A DNA stretch of 42,680 nt from Nitrospirota bacterium (GTDB lineage: Bacteria; Nitrospirota; Nitrospiria; Nitrospirales; NS-4). The notes under the pieces are model-generated. The model was not told the DNA's origin. It saw nothing but the letters and a program-made list of their open reading frames with translations, and searched no databases. The position numbers and the translations under genes were made by a program. The stretch is from assembly GCA_005877565.1 (NCBI GenBank), contig VBOK01000081.1:9366-52045 (forward strand), read 5' to 3'. This document shows positions 20,247 through 30,739 of the stretch, piece after piece. Every line of letters begins with the position of its first letter. Position 1 is the first letter of the stretch.

Positions 20247-20804
20247 GTGATCTCAACGTCGGAATTTCGCAACGGGGCGAAGCTCGAGCTGGACGGGGAG
20301 CCCTACACGATCATCGAATTTCAGCATGTCAAGCCCGGGAAGGGTGGAGCCTTCGTACGGACCAAGCTCAAGAGTCTCAGGAGCGGGAACGTCATCGAAC
20401 GGACCTACCGCTCGGGAGACAAGCTGCCCACGCCCGATCTCGACGAGCGGGAGATGACCTTTCTGTACGCAGAGGGTAACCAGTACACCTTCATGGACAC
20501 GACGACCTATGAGCAGTTGACGTTTGACCGGGCGCACCTGGGAGATGGCTGGGACCTCCTCAAGGAGAACATGACCGTCACGCTCCTGCTTCATAAAGGG
20601 ACGCCGATCGGGCTGGAGCTGCCGGTCTTTGTCGAGCTCAGAATCGTGAAGACGGAACCGGGCGTGCGCGGCGACACGGCTTCCGGCGGCTCGAAGCCGG
20701 CGATCCTGGAGAGCGGAGCGACCATCAAGGTGCCGCTGTATATCGAGGAAGGGGTGGTGGTCAAGGTGGACACCCGCACGCGCGAATACGTGGAACGGGC
20801 CTGA
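20247..20804 (+). CDS. efp: elongation factor P
   Basis: VISTSEFRNGAKLELDGEPYTIIEFQHVKPGKGGAFVRTKLKSL. GTG 20247 follows GGAGGAGG. 185 aa. Confidence 0.9.
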   Translation: MISTSEFRNGAKLELDGEPYTIIEFQHVKPGKGGAFVRTKLKSLRSGNVIERTYRSGDKLPTPDLDEREMTFLYAEGNQYTFMDTTTYEQLTFDRAHLGDGWDLLKENMTVTLLLHKGTPIGLELPVFVELRIVKTEPGVRGDTASGGSKPAILESGATIKVPLYIEEGVVVKVDTRTREYVERA

Positions 20805-21343
20805 TGAAACGCCACCCCGCCAAATCCGCCAGGAAGCCCGCCACGGCGCAGCCCAAGCCGCGTCCGGACGCCCTGGTGGATCCCACGGTCCTGCAGGACC
20901 TGATCGCGGTGTTCCAGAACGCGGGCGTCTGCGACCTCGAGGTCGAACGCAATGGGCTCCGGATCAGGCTGCGGCGCGAAGGGGCAGCCGGGCCTTCCCC
21001 ATCCGTCGAGGTGTCCGTGCCCGTTTCCGCTGCCGGGCTCGCCGCTGCTCCGAGCGACGCGTCGACGGCCGAGCCGTCCACGGAAGGCCTGGTGACCGTG
21101 CGCTCGCCCATCGTGGGGACCTTCTACCGGTCGGCGTCTCCTTACGCCGAGGTGTACGTGGAGGAAGGCTCGTACGTCAAGAAAGGTCAGGTGCTCTGCA
21201 TCGTCGAGGCCATGAAGCTGATGAACGAGATCGAGTCCGATGTCGACGGGCGCGTGGCTAAGATTCTCATGGAGAACGCCAAGCCGGTCGAGTACGGCGA
21301 GCCGCTCTTTCTGATCGAGCCGGGTACCCAACCGGAGGGCTGA
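20804..21343 (+). CDS. accB: acetyl-CoA carboxylase biotin carboxyl carrier protein
   Basis: Biotinylation motif CIVEAMKLMNEIESD and a Pro/Ala-rich linker. TGATG junction with efp. Confidence 0.9.
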   Translation: MKRHPAKSARKPATAQPKPRPDALVDPTVLQDLIAVFQNAGVCDLEVERNGLRIRLRREGAAGPSPSVEVSVPVSAAGLAAAPSDASTAEPSTEGLVTVRSPIVGTFYRSASPYAEVYVEEGSYVKKGQVLCIVEAMKLMNEIESDVDGRVAKILMENAKPVEYGEPLFLIEPGTQPEG

Positions 21344-21346
21344 GGG

Positions 21347-22699
21347 GTGTTCAAGAAAATCCTCGTGGCCAACCGCGGCGAGATCGCGGTGCGGGTCATC
21401 CGGGCCTGCAAGGAACTGGGCATCCGCAGCGTGGCCGTCCATTCTGAAGTGGACAAAGGCTCCCTGCATGTGCGGCTCGCGGACGAGCACCTGTGCATCG
21501 GACCGGCCGATCCGGCGCTCAGCTACTGCAACATCCCGAACATCCTGAGCGCGGCGGAGATCACCGCCTGTGACGCCATCCACCCGGGGTACGGCTTCCT
21601 GGCCGAGAACGCCCACTTCGCCGAGGTGTGCGAATCCATCGGCATCAAGTTTATTGGGCCGACCTCAGAGAACATCGGCACGATGGGGGACAAGGCGAAA
21701 GCGCGAGACATGATGAGCCGCCATGGCTTGCCGGTGCTGCCCGGCAGCGAGGGAGTGATCACGAGCGAGCAGGAGGCCGCGGAGGTGGCGGCCAAGATCG
21801 GCTACCCGGTGATCATCAAGGCGTCGGCGGGGGGCGGAGGGCGCGGGATGCGGGTGGTGAACAAGGAGGATGAACTGGCGCACGCTTTCCAGGCAGCCCG
21901 CGCGGAGGCCAACGCGGTGTTCGGCAACCAGAGCGTGTACGTGGAGCGGTACTTCCTCGAGCCGCGCCACATTGAGGTCCAGATCCTGGCGGACGAGCGC
22001 GGCCGGACGATCTATCTCGGGGAGCGGGACTGTTCCGTCCAGCGCCGCTACCAGAAGCTCCTTGAGGAGACGCCGTCGCCGGCTGTAGACGACCGCCTCC
22101 GGCGCGAACTGGGCCGTGTGGCGGTTGAAGCTGCCCAGGCGGTCCGGTACCGGAACGCCGGGACCGTGGAGTTCCTGCTGGACAAGGAGCGCCGGTTCTA
22201 TTTCATGGAGATGAACACGCGGATCCAGGTCGAGCATCCCATCACCGAAGAGGTTACCGGCATCGATCTCGTCAAGGAGCAGGTCAGGATCGCCGCGGGC
22301 CAGCCGCTGTCCTGGAAGCAGCAGGACGTGAAGATGATCGGCCACAGCATTGAGTGCCGGATCAATGCCGAGTGTCCGGACACCTTCGCGCCGTGTGCGG
22401 GGCTGATCACGCGCTGCCATCCGCCGGGCGGTCCGGGGGTCCGGGTGGATACGGCGGTCGAGCCGGGGTCCGAGATCACCCCTCACTACGACTCGCTGAT
22501 CGCGAAACTGATCGTCCACGGCCTGACGCGCGAGGAGGCGCTTGCCCGGATGCGGCGCGCGTTGGATGAGTGCGTGGTGGAAGGGATCAAGACTACGATC
22601 CCGCTGCACCGCCGCATCCTCGACGATCCCGACTTTCAAAAGGGCCGTTTCTCCACCTCCTTCCTCGAGCGTTTCTCCTCTCCGCCGCCGACAAGCTGA
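21347..22699 (+). CDS. accC: acetyl-CoA carboxylase biotin carboxylase subunit
   Basis: [27 protein letters not shown] and [14 protein letters not shown]. Confidence 0.93.
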   Translation: MFKKILVANRGEIAVRVIRACKELGIRSVAVHSEVDKGSLHVRLADEHLCIGPADPALSYCNIPNILSAAEITACDAIHPGYGFLAENAHFAEVCESIGIKFIGPTSENIGTMGDKAKARDMMSRHGLPVLPGSEGVITSEQEAAEVAAKIGYPVIIKASAGGGGRGMRVVNKEDELAHAFQAARAEANAVFGNQSVYVERYFLEPRHIEVQILADERGRTIYLGERDCSVQRRYQKLLEETPSPAVDDRLRRELGRVAVEAAQAVRYRNAGTVEFLLDKERRFYFMEMNTRIQVEHPITEEVTGIDLVKEQVRIAAGQPLSWKQQDVKMIGHSIECRINAECPDTFAPCAGLITRCHPPGGPGVRVDTAVEPGSEITPHYDSLIAKLIVHGLTREEALARMRRALDECVVEGIKTTIPLHRRILDDPDFQKGRFSTSFLERFSSPPPTS

Positions 22700-22713
22700 G
22701 CGTGGTGGGGCCA

Positions 22714-23409
22714 ATGCGCCCATTGCACCCACCCGCCCCGGACGATTCGACCCGTTGCAACCGGGAGCAACGGGTACCCCGACGCGTCCATTTCCCGGCA
22801 GGGCTTTATCTGATCCTGGACCCGGCCGTCGCGAGCTCCCTGTCATTGACCGATCTCGTCAAGGCCGCGCTCACAACCGGAGTGCGTCTTTTTCAACTGC
22901 GCATGAAAACCCCTCACGCAGGCGAGTTCTACGACCTGGCGGCTCAGTTATGCGCGGTGGTCCGGGCTGGTGGGGGAACGTTCATCGTGAACGACCGGGT
23001 GGATGTCGCGCAGGCGGTCGGCGCGGATGGAGCGCATCTGGGACAGGAGGACCTGCCGCTGGCCGATGCACGGGTGATCCTGGGACCCGACAAGCTGATC
23101 GGGATCTCGACGCATACGATGAATCAAGCGCTCGATGCCGACGCCGGTGGAGCGGACTACATCGGCTTCGGACCGATCTTTCCGACGTCCACGAAGGAGC
23201 ATCGGGACCCGGTCGTCGGCATAGCCGGGCTGCGGGAGGTGCGGGCGAAGGTGCGGGTGCCGATTGTGGCGATCGGCGGGATCACGACCAAGAATGTCCG
23301 TGAGGTCGTCGCCGCCGGCGCCGACTGCTGCGCGGTTGTCTCAGCGGTGCTCGCGGCTCCCGACCCCCAAGCGGCGATTACAGAGCTGATAAAGGCGATG
23401 AGAGGATAG
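22714..23409 (+). CDS. thiE: thiamine-phosphate synthase
   Basis: GLYLILDP, GADGAHLGQEDL, GFGPIFPTSTK and AIGGI. ATG 22714 is the first start after the accC stop. The longer track ORF overlaps accC. Confidence 0.8.
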   Translation: MRPLHPPAPDDSTRCNREQRVPRRVHFPAGLYLILDPAVASSLSLTDLVKAALTTGVRLFQLRMKTPHAGEFYDLAAQLCAVVRAGGGTFIVNDRVDVAQAVGADGAHLGQEDLPLADARVILGPDKLIGISTHTMNQALDADAGGADYIGFGPIFPTSTKEHRDPVVGIAGLREVRAKVRVPIVAIGGITTKNVREVVAAGADCCAVVSAVLAAPDPQAAITELIKAMRG

Positions 23410-23471
23410 CGCGGGTCCCGCTCAACGCCACCCGCAAAATTCTCGAAATCCTTTTGGAGGTTGGTTGCGGT

Positions 23472-23768
23472 TTAGCGGGTGGTGCCTTGGTGGCCAGTGA
23501 TCACGGCGAAGAGGGCTAGCATCATGGCTGTGATGCGCCCCTTCTTCTTGTCGGTCTTCCCGTTTTGGGACGGCTCTTCGGCGTTCTTCGGCTCGCTTGC
23601 CGGGGCCGTCTTGGTTTCAGGGTGAGTCATCGGTGCGGGCACTTCCACCTGAGGTTGAATTGCTGTTGGTTCGGGCGTCGCACTGATGGCACTGGTAGCC
23701 AAGAGGGTCGCTGTGGCAAGCGTCACGACGAATGAGGCGAGAAGCTGACTCTTCCTTGTCGCAACCAT
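23472..23768 (-). CDS. small protein with signal peptide, Pro/Glu-rich middle and C-terminal hydrophobic anchor
   Basis: GGAAGGAG SD upstream. N-terminal LLASFVVTLATATLLATSAISA. C-terminal KKKGRITAMMLALFAVITG. No recognisable family. Confidence 0.45.
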   Translation of the reverse strand: MVATRKSQLLASFVVTLATATLLATSAISATPEPTAIQPQVEVPAPMTHPETKTAPASEPKNAEEPSQNGKTDKKKGRITAMMLALFAVITGHQGTTR

Positions 23769-23810
23769 GACACACTCCTTCCAACTTGAGGGGGACAGAT
23801 TTCAAATCTG

Positions 23811-24230
23811 TCACCCTTCACAGAGTGTGCAAACTACGGGCCGTTTGCAGGAGGCGCGTATCTCTATGAAATGAAAGGACATGAAGGGAAGAACCAGCAG
23901 GCCATTACCCGCTGCACGTGTGTTAGAAACCCCATTTGTGAAGGCTTTTGCGTCCAGGAATAAGTCCATCCCCACCGTCTCTCCGCGCTGCCACACAAGC
24001 GTCGCGTTCACGTCCTCGATAACCTCCCGCCCACCCGCAGCTTGGAAACGGAACCGCAGCGTGACCTTGATGCGCGGCTTCAGAGTTTGCCGGATGTACA
24101 GCGTGGTCCCGGTTCGGCTGATATTGGCGATCGCTCCCCACAAGGGATCGCCGCTGCCGGCCACCACCACGTCGACACGAGAGACGAGATAGTACCGGGG
24201 CGTCCGCCTTCGTTCTTCTTCGTCGCCCAT
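23811..24230 (-). CDS. PilZ-domain (c-di-GMP-binding type) protein
   Basis: RRTPR (RxxxR) followed about 25 residues later by NISRTG ((D/N)xSxxG). ATG 24230 has a GGGAGGA SD and lies 10 nt after the lpxD stop. Confidence 0.6.
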   Translation of the reverse strand: MGDEEERRRTPRYYLVSRVDVVVAGSGDPLWGAIANISRTGTTLYIRQTLKPRIKVTLRFRFQAAGGREVIEDVNATLVWQRGETVGMDLFLDAKAFTNGVSNTRAAGNGLLVLPFMSFHFIEIRASCKRPVVCTLCEG

Positions 24231-24240
24231 GTAATCCTCC

Positions 24241-25359
24241 CTACCTTCTCTTGCGTGATTTGGCCTTGGGCTTTGCGGCAAGGGAAGTCTTTTGTGGCGG
24301 ATTGCGCCTGGCCATGGGTTTCGCCGCGGCCTTGGTCTCCAAGGCTTTCAACCGATCTTCCAAATCGCGGACCTGCTGGCGGAGCTCGGGGAGCTTGGCC
24401 ACGATGGCCATGGCCTTGAGCCACTCCATGCGCGGCAGGGCGGGGGCGCCGGCGACGACCTCCTTGGCGGGCACGTCGCGGTTCAGGCCCGAGCGCGCGG
24501 CGATCATGGCGAAGTCGCCGACCGTCACGTGGTCGGCGATGCCCGCTTGCCCGCCGACCATCACGTGATGGCCCGTCTTGCTGCTGCCCGCGATGCCCAC
24601 CTGCGCCACCAGGATGTTGTGCTCGCCGACCTCGACATTGTGGGCGATCTGGACCAGGTTGTCCACTTTCGTGCCGCGCCGGACGATCGTCTTGCCGAAA
24701 GTGGCGCGGTCCACAGTCACATTAGCGCCTAACTCCACATCATCCTCGATGACCACCGTGCCAACCTGGGGGATCTTGTGATGCCGCCCGCCTTCCTGGA
24801 TGTAGCCGAACCCATCGCTGCCGACGACCGTCCCCGAGTGGATGATCACCCGATTGCCGATGGTCACCCCTTCACGGATCGTCACGTTGGGATAGATCAC
24901 GCAGTCCTCGCCGATGACGCCGCCTTCGCCGACGAAGACGTTGGAATAGAGCGTCGTGCCGCGTCCGATGGACACCCGGTCGTCGAGCGTGACGAACGGC
25001 CAGATCGACACGCCTTCGCCGAGGACGACTTCGTTTCCTCGACTGACAAGCTTGCTGACGCCAGGGGCAGGACGTTGGGGGACGAAAAACTTCTCCACGA
25101 CCTGCGTCATGGCCAGGGCGGGGTTGGTTACGACGATCTGGGCGGACGCCAATCCGTCGATAGGCCGGGGGACGAGCAGGGCGAGGGCCCGCGTGGACGC
25201 AGCTTCCTTGGATGCGGCCTCGCCGGTCACAAAGGAGAGATCGCCGGGTCCGGCGTCGCTCAGCCCGGCCACACCGGTGATGACGAGATCAGGACGTCCC
25301 AGGAGCGCCCCCTGTGTGAGAGCGGCGATCTCTTTGAGTGGGACGAAGAATGCAGGCAT
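24241..25359 (-). CDS. lpxD: UDP-3-O-acylglucosamine N-acyltransferase with Lys/Arg-rich C-terminal tail
   Basis: Left-handed beta-helix hexapeptide repeats, GGRHHKIPQVGTVVIEDDVELGANVTVDRATFG. The tail is ...AKPKAKSRKRR. Confidence 0.85.
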   Translation of the reverse strand: MPAFFVPLKEIAALTQGALLGRPDLVITGVAGLSDAGPGDLSFVTGEAASKEAASTRALALLVPRPIDGLASAQIVVTNPALAMTQVVEKFFVPQRPAPGVSKLVSRGNEVVLGEGVSIWPFVTLDDRVSIGRGTTLYSNVFVGEGGVIGEDCVIYPNVTIREGVTIGNRVIIHSGTVVGSDGFGYIQEGGRHHKIPQVGTVVIEDDVELGANVTVDRATFGKTIVRRGTKVDNLVQIAHNVEVGEHNILVAQVGIAGSSKTGHHVMVGGQAGIADHVTVGDFAMIAARSGLNRDVPAKEVVAGAPALPRMEWLKAMAIVAKLPELRQQVRDLEDRLKALETKAAAKPMARRNPPQKTSLAAKPKAKSRKRR

Positions 25360-25371
25360 GGTTAGATGCGG

Positions 25372-26730
25372 TCACGCATGGGCCGGCTTCTCCCTGGTCG
25401 TTTCCATCAGGTCGTCCGAGAGCGCCTGGGGCTCGACCAGCTTGAGCCAGGACAGCACGTGATCGTCCTCCGCCGAAGGGTCTTGCTCCACCGAGACGCG
25501 AAGCGAAAGGAAGAAGTCCTTCCACGACAAGTTGTGGTGCAGAATCTGATTCAGCCACACGCTGTCGAGAGTGACTGTACACGCGGTGGTTTGATCTCCC
25601 GTGCGCTCGAGCGTCAGCGCGCCGGCATCGCATCGCACGAGGAAGTCCCCGCCGCGGGAGCCTTCCACCACGAACCGGAGCTCCATCTTGAGCGCTTCCA
25701 CCAGAGACTCGTTCGCCTCGCCCACACGCTGCGCGTAGGCGCGAAATGGCTCGAAGAGATCTCCGGCTGGCTGCGGCAGATTTGCCAGGTAGGCGGCGAT
25801 GGCTGGCTGCATCCGGTCGGCATAGGCCTTGAGATACGCGTCCTTCCGGTCGAACGAGAACTCCCGCCTGACCGCTTGATCAGGCATGAACTCGCCATTG
25901 ATCAAATTCAGCCGATCCCCCGGTAGGGGGATCTCGAGGCGGCGTGTGTAGCCGCGGACACGCAGCCAATCGTGAGCGCGCTTTTGGTCCGGCACGATAC
26001 CTTTCCCGCCGAGGTCATCGTTGAAACGGAAAAGCGAGTCCTCCAGGAAGGCAGGAGGACCGGCGAACGGCAGCCCGATCCGCGGCGGCATCCGGTCCAG
26101 TGTCTGGAAGGCATACTCAAGCTGCTCGACGCGTCTCTGCACGGAAAGGGCCAGCATCTTCTCTTCGGGATGGCGGTAGCAGATCGGATTCCAGTCCACC
26201 CCGGCGCACTGGACGAGCAGCGCGTCGTTCCGGCCCCGGAGACGATATTTCAAGGTGTCGCGCTGTTTGACCGAAAGCCGGGCGTTGCTCATGTTGATCA
26301 ACACGGCCTCTCTGGTTTGGAAGGTCGCTGCTGCGCACGGGGTGATCGGCGTGTCTTCAGTGGTGAACAGAACCCGCAAGCCTTCTCCGAGTTGGTGGTC
26401 AACACCGGGTTTGACCTCGGTGATGGGATTCGCGCACGCGGCTCGAATTTTGTTCCAGAGCGAGCGGGAAGGGTGGTGGGGAATGATGACGGGGACGCCC
26501 GGCGCGATCTTCTCTGAGAGGAACGCGACATCGAGATGATCCTGCTGCTCGTGGGTGATGACGACGGCGGTGAGATCGCGGTAGTCTCGTTCCCACAAGT
26601 GATGGTTGCACGGGAACTGGAACCAGCTCGCGTGAAAGGCCCCGCGCGGGAGGAGCCACGGGTCGCAGGCCACGCGCATCTTGCCGGCCGTGATGATGAC
26701 CCCGGCGTGGCCGAGGAACTCAACCTGCAT
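25372..26730 (-). CDS. MBL-fold (Lactamase_B_3-like) protein with degenerate metal motif and a large C-terminal extension
   Basis: The N-terminus MQVEFLGHAGVIITAGKMRVACDPWL and VVITHEQQDHLD sit where MBL enzymes have THxHxDH. The remaining ~300 aa have no family I can name. Confidence 0.5.
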   Translation of the reverse strand: MQVEFLGHAGVIITAGKMRVACDPWLLPRGAFHASWFQFPCNHHLWERDYRDLTAVVITHEQQDHLDVAFLSEKIAPGVPVIIPHHPSRSLWNKIRAACANPITEVKPGVDHQLGEGLRVLFTTEDTPITPCAAATFQTREAVLINMSNARLSVKQRDTLKYRLRGRNDALLVQCAGVDWNPICYRHPEEKMLALSVQRRVEQLEYAFQTLDRMPPRIGLPFAGPPAFLEDSLFRFNDDLGGKGIVPDQKRAHDWLRVRGYTRRLEIPLPGDRLNLINGEFMPDQAVRREFSFDRKDAYLKAYADRMQPAIAAYLANLPQPAGDLFEPFRAYAQRVGEANESLVEALKMELRFVVEGSRGGDFLVRCDAGALTLERTGDQTTACTVTLDSVWLNQILHHNLSWKDFFLSLRVSVEQDPSAEDDHVLSWLKLVEPQALSDDLMETTREKPAHA

Positions 26731-26757
26731 TGCTTGTTCGCCTCATGTTGAAGTCCC

Positions 26758-26786
26758 AGCATAAACGGTTCGCGCAATTCATTCAA
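26758..26786 (-). promoter_or_regulatory. sigma70-like promoter TTGAAT-N17-TATGCT for the MBL-lpxD-PilZ operon
   Basis: Minus strand reads TTGAATgaattgcgcgaaccgttTATGCT, 27 nt upstream of ATG 26730. GAGG SD lies in between. Confidence 0.45.
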
Positions 26787-26865
26787 GACACACCTGCGGC
26801 GTCCGTAGCCGTGAGGTCTTGGCCGAACGGCGTTCAGATAGTTTGCAACGGATCGCGGGCGAGCC

Positions 26866-27046
26866 TAGCCCGGATTATTCAGGGATGTCGTAGCGAGGCA
26901 GCTGAGACCGAAGCCCGCCGTGGCTTCTCGCAAGTGAGGCAGACGCAGGCGTACTCGTGTAGTACGTCGAGGAGGCCGAACGAGAAAAGCCGCGCCGGGC
27001 GAGAGTATCGGGTGCCGTAGTAGATATTCCTGAATATTCCGGGCTA
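26866..27046 (+). repeat. inverted-repeat-bounded element, copy B (MITE-like), homologous to 9454-9588
   Basis: Ends are TAGCCCGGATTATTCAGG... and ...CCTGAATATTCCGGGCTA. Both arms are homologous to copy A, and the core is variable and longer. TA lies on both flanks. Confidence 0.55.
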
Positions 27047-27059
27047 GAATGCCGGCCCT

Positions 27060-27677
27060 ATGGTGAAGGTCAAGATCTGCGGGAACACCAATCTGGACGA
27101 TGCGGTGGCCGCGGTGCAGGACGGCGCGGACGCCGTCGGGTGCGTGTTCTATGCCAAGAGTCCGCGGGCGGTGGACCCGAAGACGGCCGCCGAGATCATC
27201 TCCCGTCTGCCGCCGTTCGTGGTGCCGGTCGGGGTGTTCGTGAACGAGGACCTGAGCGTCGTCCGTCGGATCATGGAGGAGTGCAACATTCCCCTGGCTC
27301 AACTGCATGGTGAGGAATCTCCTCAGTATTGCGCCGAACTTGGGCGCTCGGTCATCAAAGCCATCCGCATCCGCGACAGCCGGGACCTCGAGCGCATGAC
27401 CACATACCAGGTCAGCGGGTTTGTCCTGGACGCCTTCGTCGAGGGGAAGCCGGGCGGGACGGGCGTCACGATCGACTGGGATCTGGCCGCTGAGGCCCAG
27501 ATGTTGGGCCCGATCATCCTGGCCGGCGGCCTCACTCCCGACAATGTGCTGGAAGCTGTCCGCCAAGTCCGGCCGTACGCCGTGGATGTCACCAGCGGAG
27601 TGGAGGCTTCGCCGGGCAAGAAGGACCACGCGAAGGTGCGGGCGTTCATCGCCAACGCCAAGAGTTGGACGTGGTAA
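27060..27677 (+). CDS. trpF: phosphoribosylanthranilate isomerase
   Basis: VKVKICGNT start, VGVFVNE, QLHGEE and AGGLTPDNV. Confidence 0.87.
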   Translation: MVKVKICGNTNLDDAVAAVQDGADAVGCVFYAKSPRAVDPKTAAEIISRLPPFVVPVGVFVNEDLSVVRRIMEECNIPLAQLHGEESPQYCAELGRSVIKAIRIRDSRDLERMTTYQVSGFVLDAFVEGKPGGTGVTIDWDLAAEAQMLGPIILAGGLTPDNVLEAVRQVRPYAVDVTSGVEASPGKKDHAKVRAFIANAKSWTW

Positions 27678-27714
27678 TACCCCCTCCCGCTATGGTGGTC
27701 GCTATGATGGCAGA

Positions 27715-27743
27715 TTGATTGCTCGCGCCTCGTAGCCTATACT
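27715..27743 (+). promoter_or_regulatory. sigma70-like promoter TTGATT-N17-TATACT, 7 nt upstream of trpB ATG (leaderless geometry)
   Basis: TTGATT at 27715-27720 and TATACT at 27738-27743, with the ATG at 27751. No SD. Confidence 0.4.
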
Positions 27744-27750
27744 GCCCTCT

Positions 27751-28940
<1,190 letters not shown>

Positions 28941-28944
<4 letters not shown>

Positions 28945-29738
28945 GCCGCATCCAGTCCACCTTCCAACGTTTAGCCGAACGCCGTGAGAAAGCCCTGATC
29001 GCCTACGTGATGGCGGGCGATCCGACGCTGGAGGACACCGAAGACTACGTGTTGCAATTGGCCCAGGCCGGCGCCGACGTCATCGAGCTCGGCGTGCCGT
29101 TCTCCGATCCCATCGCCGACGGGCCGGTCATCCAGCAGGCGGCGGAACGCGCGCTCCGCTCGGGGACCACGCTGAAGAAAATCCTGGCCACGGTCCGCTC
29201 GCTCCGAGCGAAGACCCAGATTCCGCTCGTGCTCATGGCCTACTACAACTCGATCTTCCGATACGGGGAGGCGGCCTTCTGCCGCGATGCGGTCTCGGCT
29301 GGCGTGGATGGGCTGATCGTGCCGGACATGCCGCCGGAGGAGGCGGGGACGATCCATCCGTTAGCCGAAGCCGCCGGCCTCGATGTGATCTTCCTACTGG
29401 CTCCGACCAGCACGGCCAAGCGTGAAACGGCGGTGGCCCGGCTGTCACGGGGCTTCATCTATTATGTCTCGTTGACGGGGATCACGGGGGCGAAGCTGAC
29501 GGACAAGGCTGATGTGGAAAAGAAGGTGCGCGAGATCCGGGGCTACGCCAAGACGCCGGTGGCGGTGGGGTTCGGCATCGCCACGCCGGACGACGCCCGC
29601 GCGGTCGCGCGCATCGCCGACGGCGTGATCGTCGGCAGCGCGCTCGTCAAGCTCATCGCCGAGGGCGGCCACGCCGCTGTCACCGATCGCCTCTCCTCCT
29701 TCACCCGCTCCCTCAAGGCCTCGATGCTGTCGGCCTGA
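28941..29738 (+). CDS. trpA: tryptophan synthase alpha chain
   Basis: GTGA overlap with the trpB stop. [28 protein letters not shown] and [10 protein letters not shown]. Confidence 0.9.
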
Positions 29739-29789
29739 CCACTTTCTACACCCGCCCTCGCAAGAAAACGAAGTAAGTCGCGTCAGACA

Positions 29790-30410
29790 TTAAGTGGAAG
29801 GAGCTGGCCAGAGCGTTGCGCAGTGGGAAAGGGATTCATGCGCCCGTTTGATGGTCTTGTAACACTCACACACCATGGTTTCCAGTCGCGGTCTGTTCAG
29901 GATGGTGATTTTCCCCCGACTGTACCGGACGACCCCGCTCCGCTTGAACGATGCCGCCACTGCGTTGACGCCGCCTCGGCGGATGCCCAGCATCTTCGCG
30001 AGAAACTCTTGTGTGAGCACAAACTCCGCTCCATCCACACGGTCCTGTGTCATCAGGAGCCACCGCGCGCATCGCTGCTCAATCGTATGGAGCCGATTGC
30101 ACGCGCCCGCGATCGCCATCTGGATCAGTAACGCTTCCAGGTAGCGGTCTAACAGGATGGACAACGGCCCCCTTTTTTTCACTTCCTTGTGGAACGGCCC
30201 AACCTTCATTCGAAGGCCCTCACCCGGGACCTGGCAGATGGCTTTCAAGGGCTCTTGGGTTTGCCCCAGATAGGCGTGGATGCCCACCACGCCCTCATTC
30301 CCCACCATCGCCACTTCCATCGAATCTCCGCTTGGCATCGGGACGAGCAGCGACATGACGCCAAGCAGCTTGTTGGGAATCGGCTTACGAAGAGTGGGAG
30401 CAGCAGGCAC
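29790..30410 (-). CDS. Crp/Fnr-family transcriptional regulator, N-terminally short (possibly 5'-eroded)
   Basis: C-terminal HTH LTQEFLAKMLGIRRGGVNAVAASFKRSGVVRYSRGKITI and partial cNMP beta-roll MEVAMVGNEGVVG. GTG 30410 lies behind AGGAGG. About 50 N-terminal residues expected for the family are absent from this frame. Confidence 0.7.
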   Translation of the reverse strand: MPAAPTLRKPIPNKLLGVMSLLVPMPSGDSMEVAMVGNEGVVGIHAYLGQTQEPLKAICQVPGEGLRMKVGPFHKEVKKRGPLSILLDRYLEALLIQMAIAGACNRLHTIEQRCARWLLMTQDRVDGAEFVLTQEFLAKMLGIRRGGVNAVAASFKRSGVVRYSRGKITILNRPRLETMVCECYKTIKRAHESLSHCATLWPAPST

Positions 30411-30739
30411 GAGGCCTCCTTCACCACACTACCTTCCCGCAGTGTGAGAGCGGAGCGGCTTGCTGGTGAGGAGGAAGCTCTTTGGCCGTTCGACCTTTGA
30501 GGAGGGCAAAGGGCGGGGACCTGGCCAGCAGGTCAACAGCTATACCTACTCTATACGCGCAACGAACCCTGGGCGCAAGGAAAAGAAAATAGTCTTTTTT
30601 GATGTGTGCGCTGGCGAACACATCGGCAGCTCATCTGTCCGGTCGCAAGCATATGTAATTATTGTGAAATAGTTGTTGACGCGGAGATGAACCCCGGGGT
30701 AGCGTGAACACCCAGCTTTAGCCAGACGGGTGAAATGCA

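Noticed and set aside
26730-27020. 96-aa ORF on the plus strand in the MBL/trpF intergenic region.
   Set aside because: It lies mostly inside the repeat element, has no SD, starts inside the divergent gene's start region, and its translation has no protein-like features.
27049-27066. A 5-codon uORF, ATG CCG GCC CTA TGG TGA (MPALW), overlaps the trpF start. It is tempting as a Trp-codon leader peptide for trp attenuation.
   Set aside because: It has only one Trp codon and no alternative terminator/antiterminator hairpins downstream. The same ATGCCG(G)CCC sequence is part of the homologous repeat arm upstream of nadK, and the ATG overlaps the candidate -10 box. The match is most likely coincidental.
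30601-30624. The GATGTGT-N10-ACACATC palindrome as a Crp/Fnr-type operator.
   Set aside because: The half-site spacing (10) does not fit TGTGA-N6-TCACA or TTGAT-N4-ATCAA. I keep it only as an unassigned palindrome, mentioned under the islet finding.
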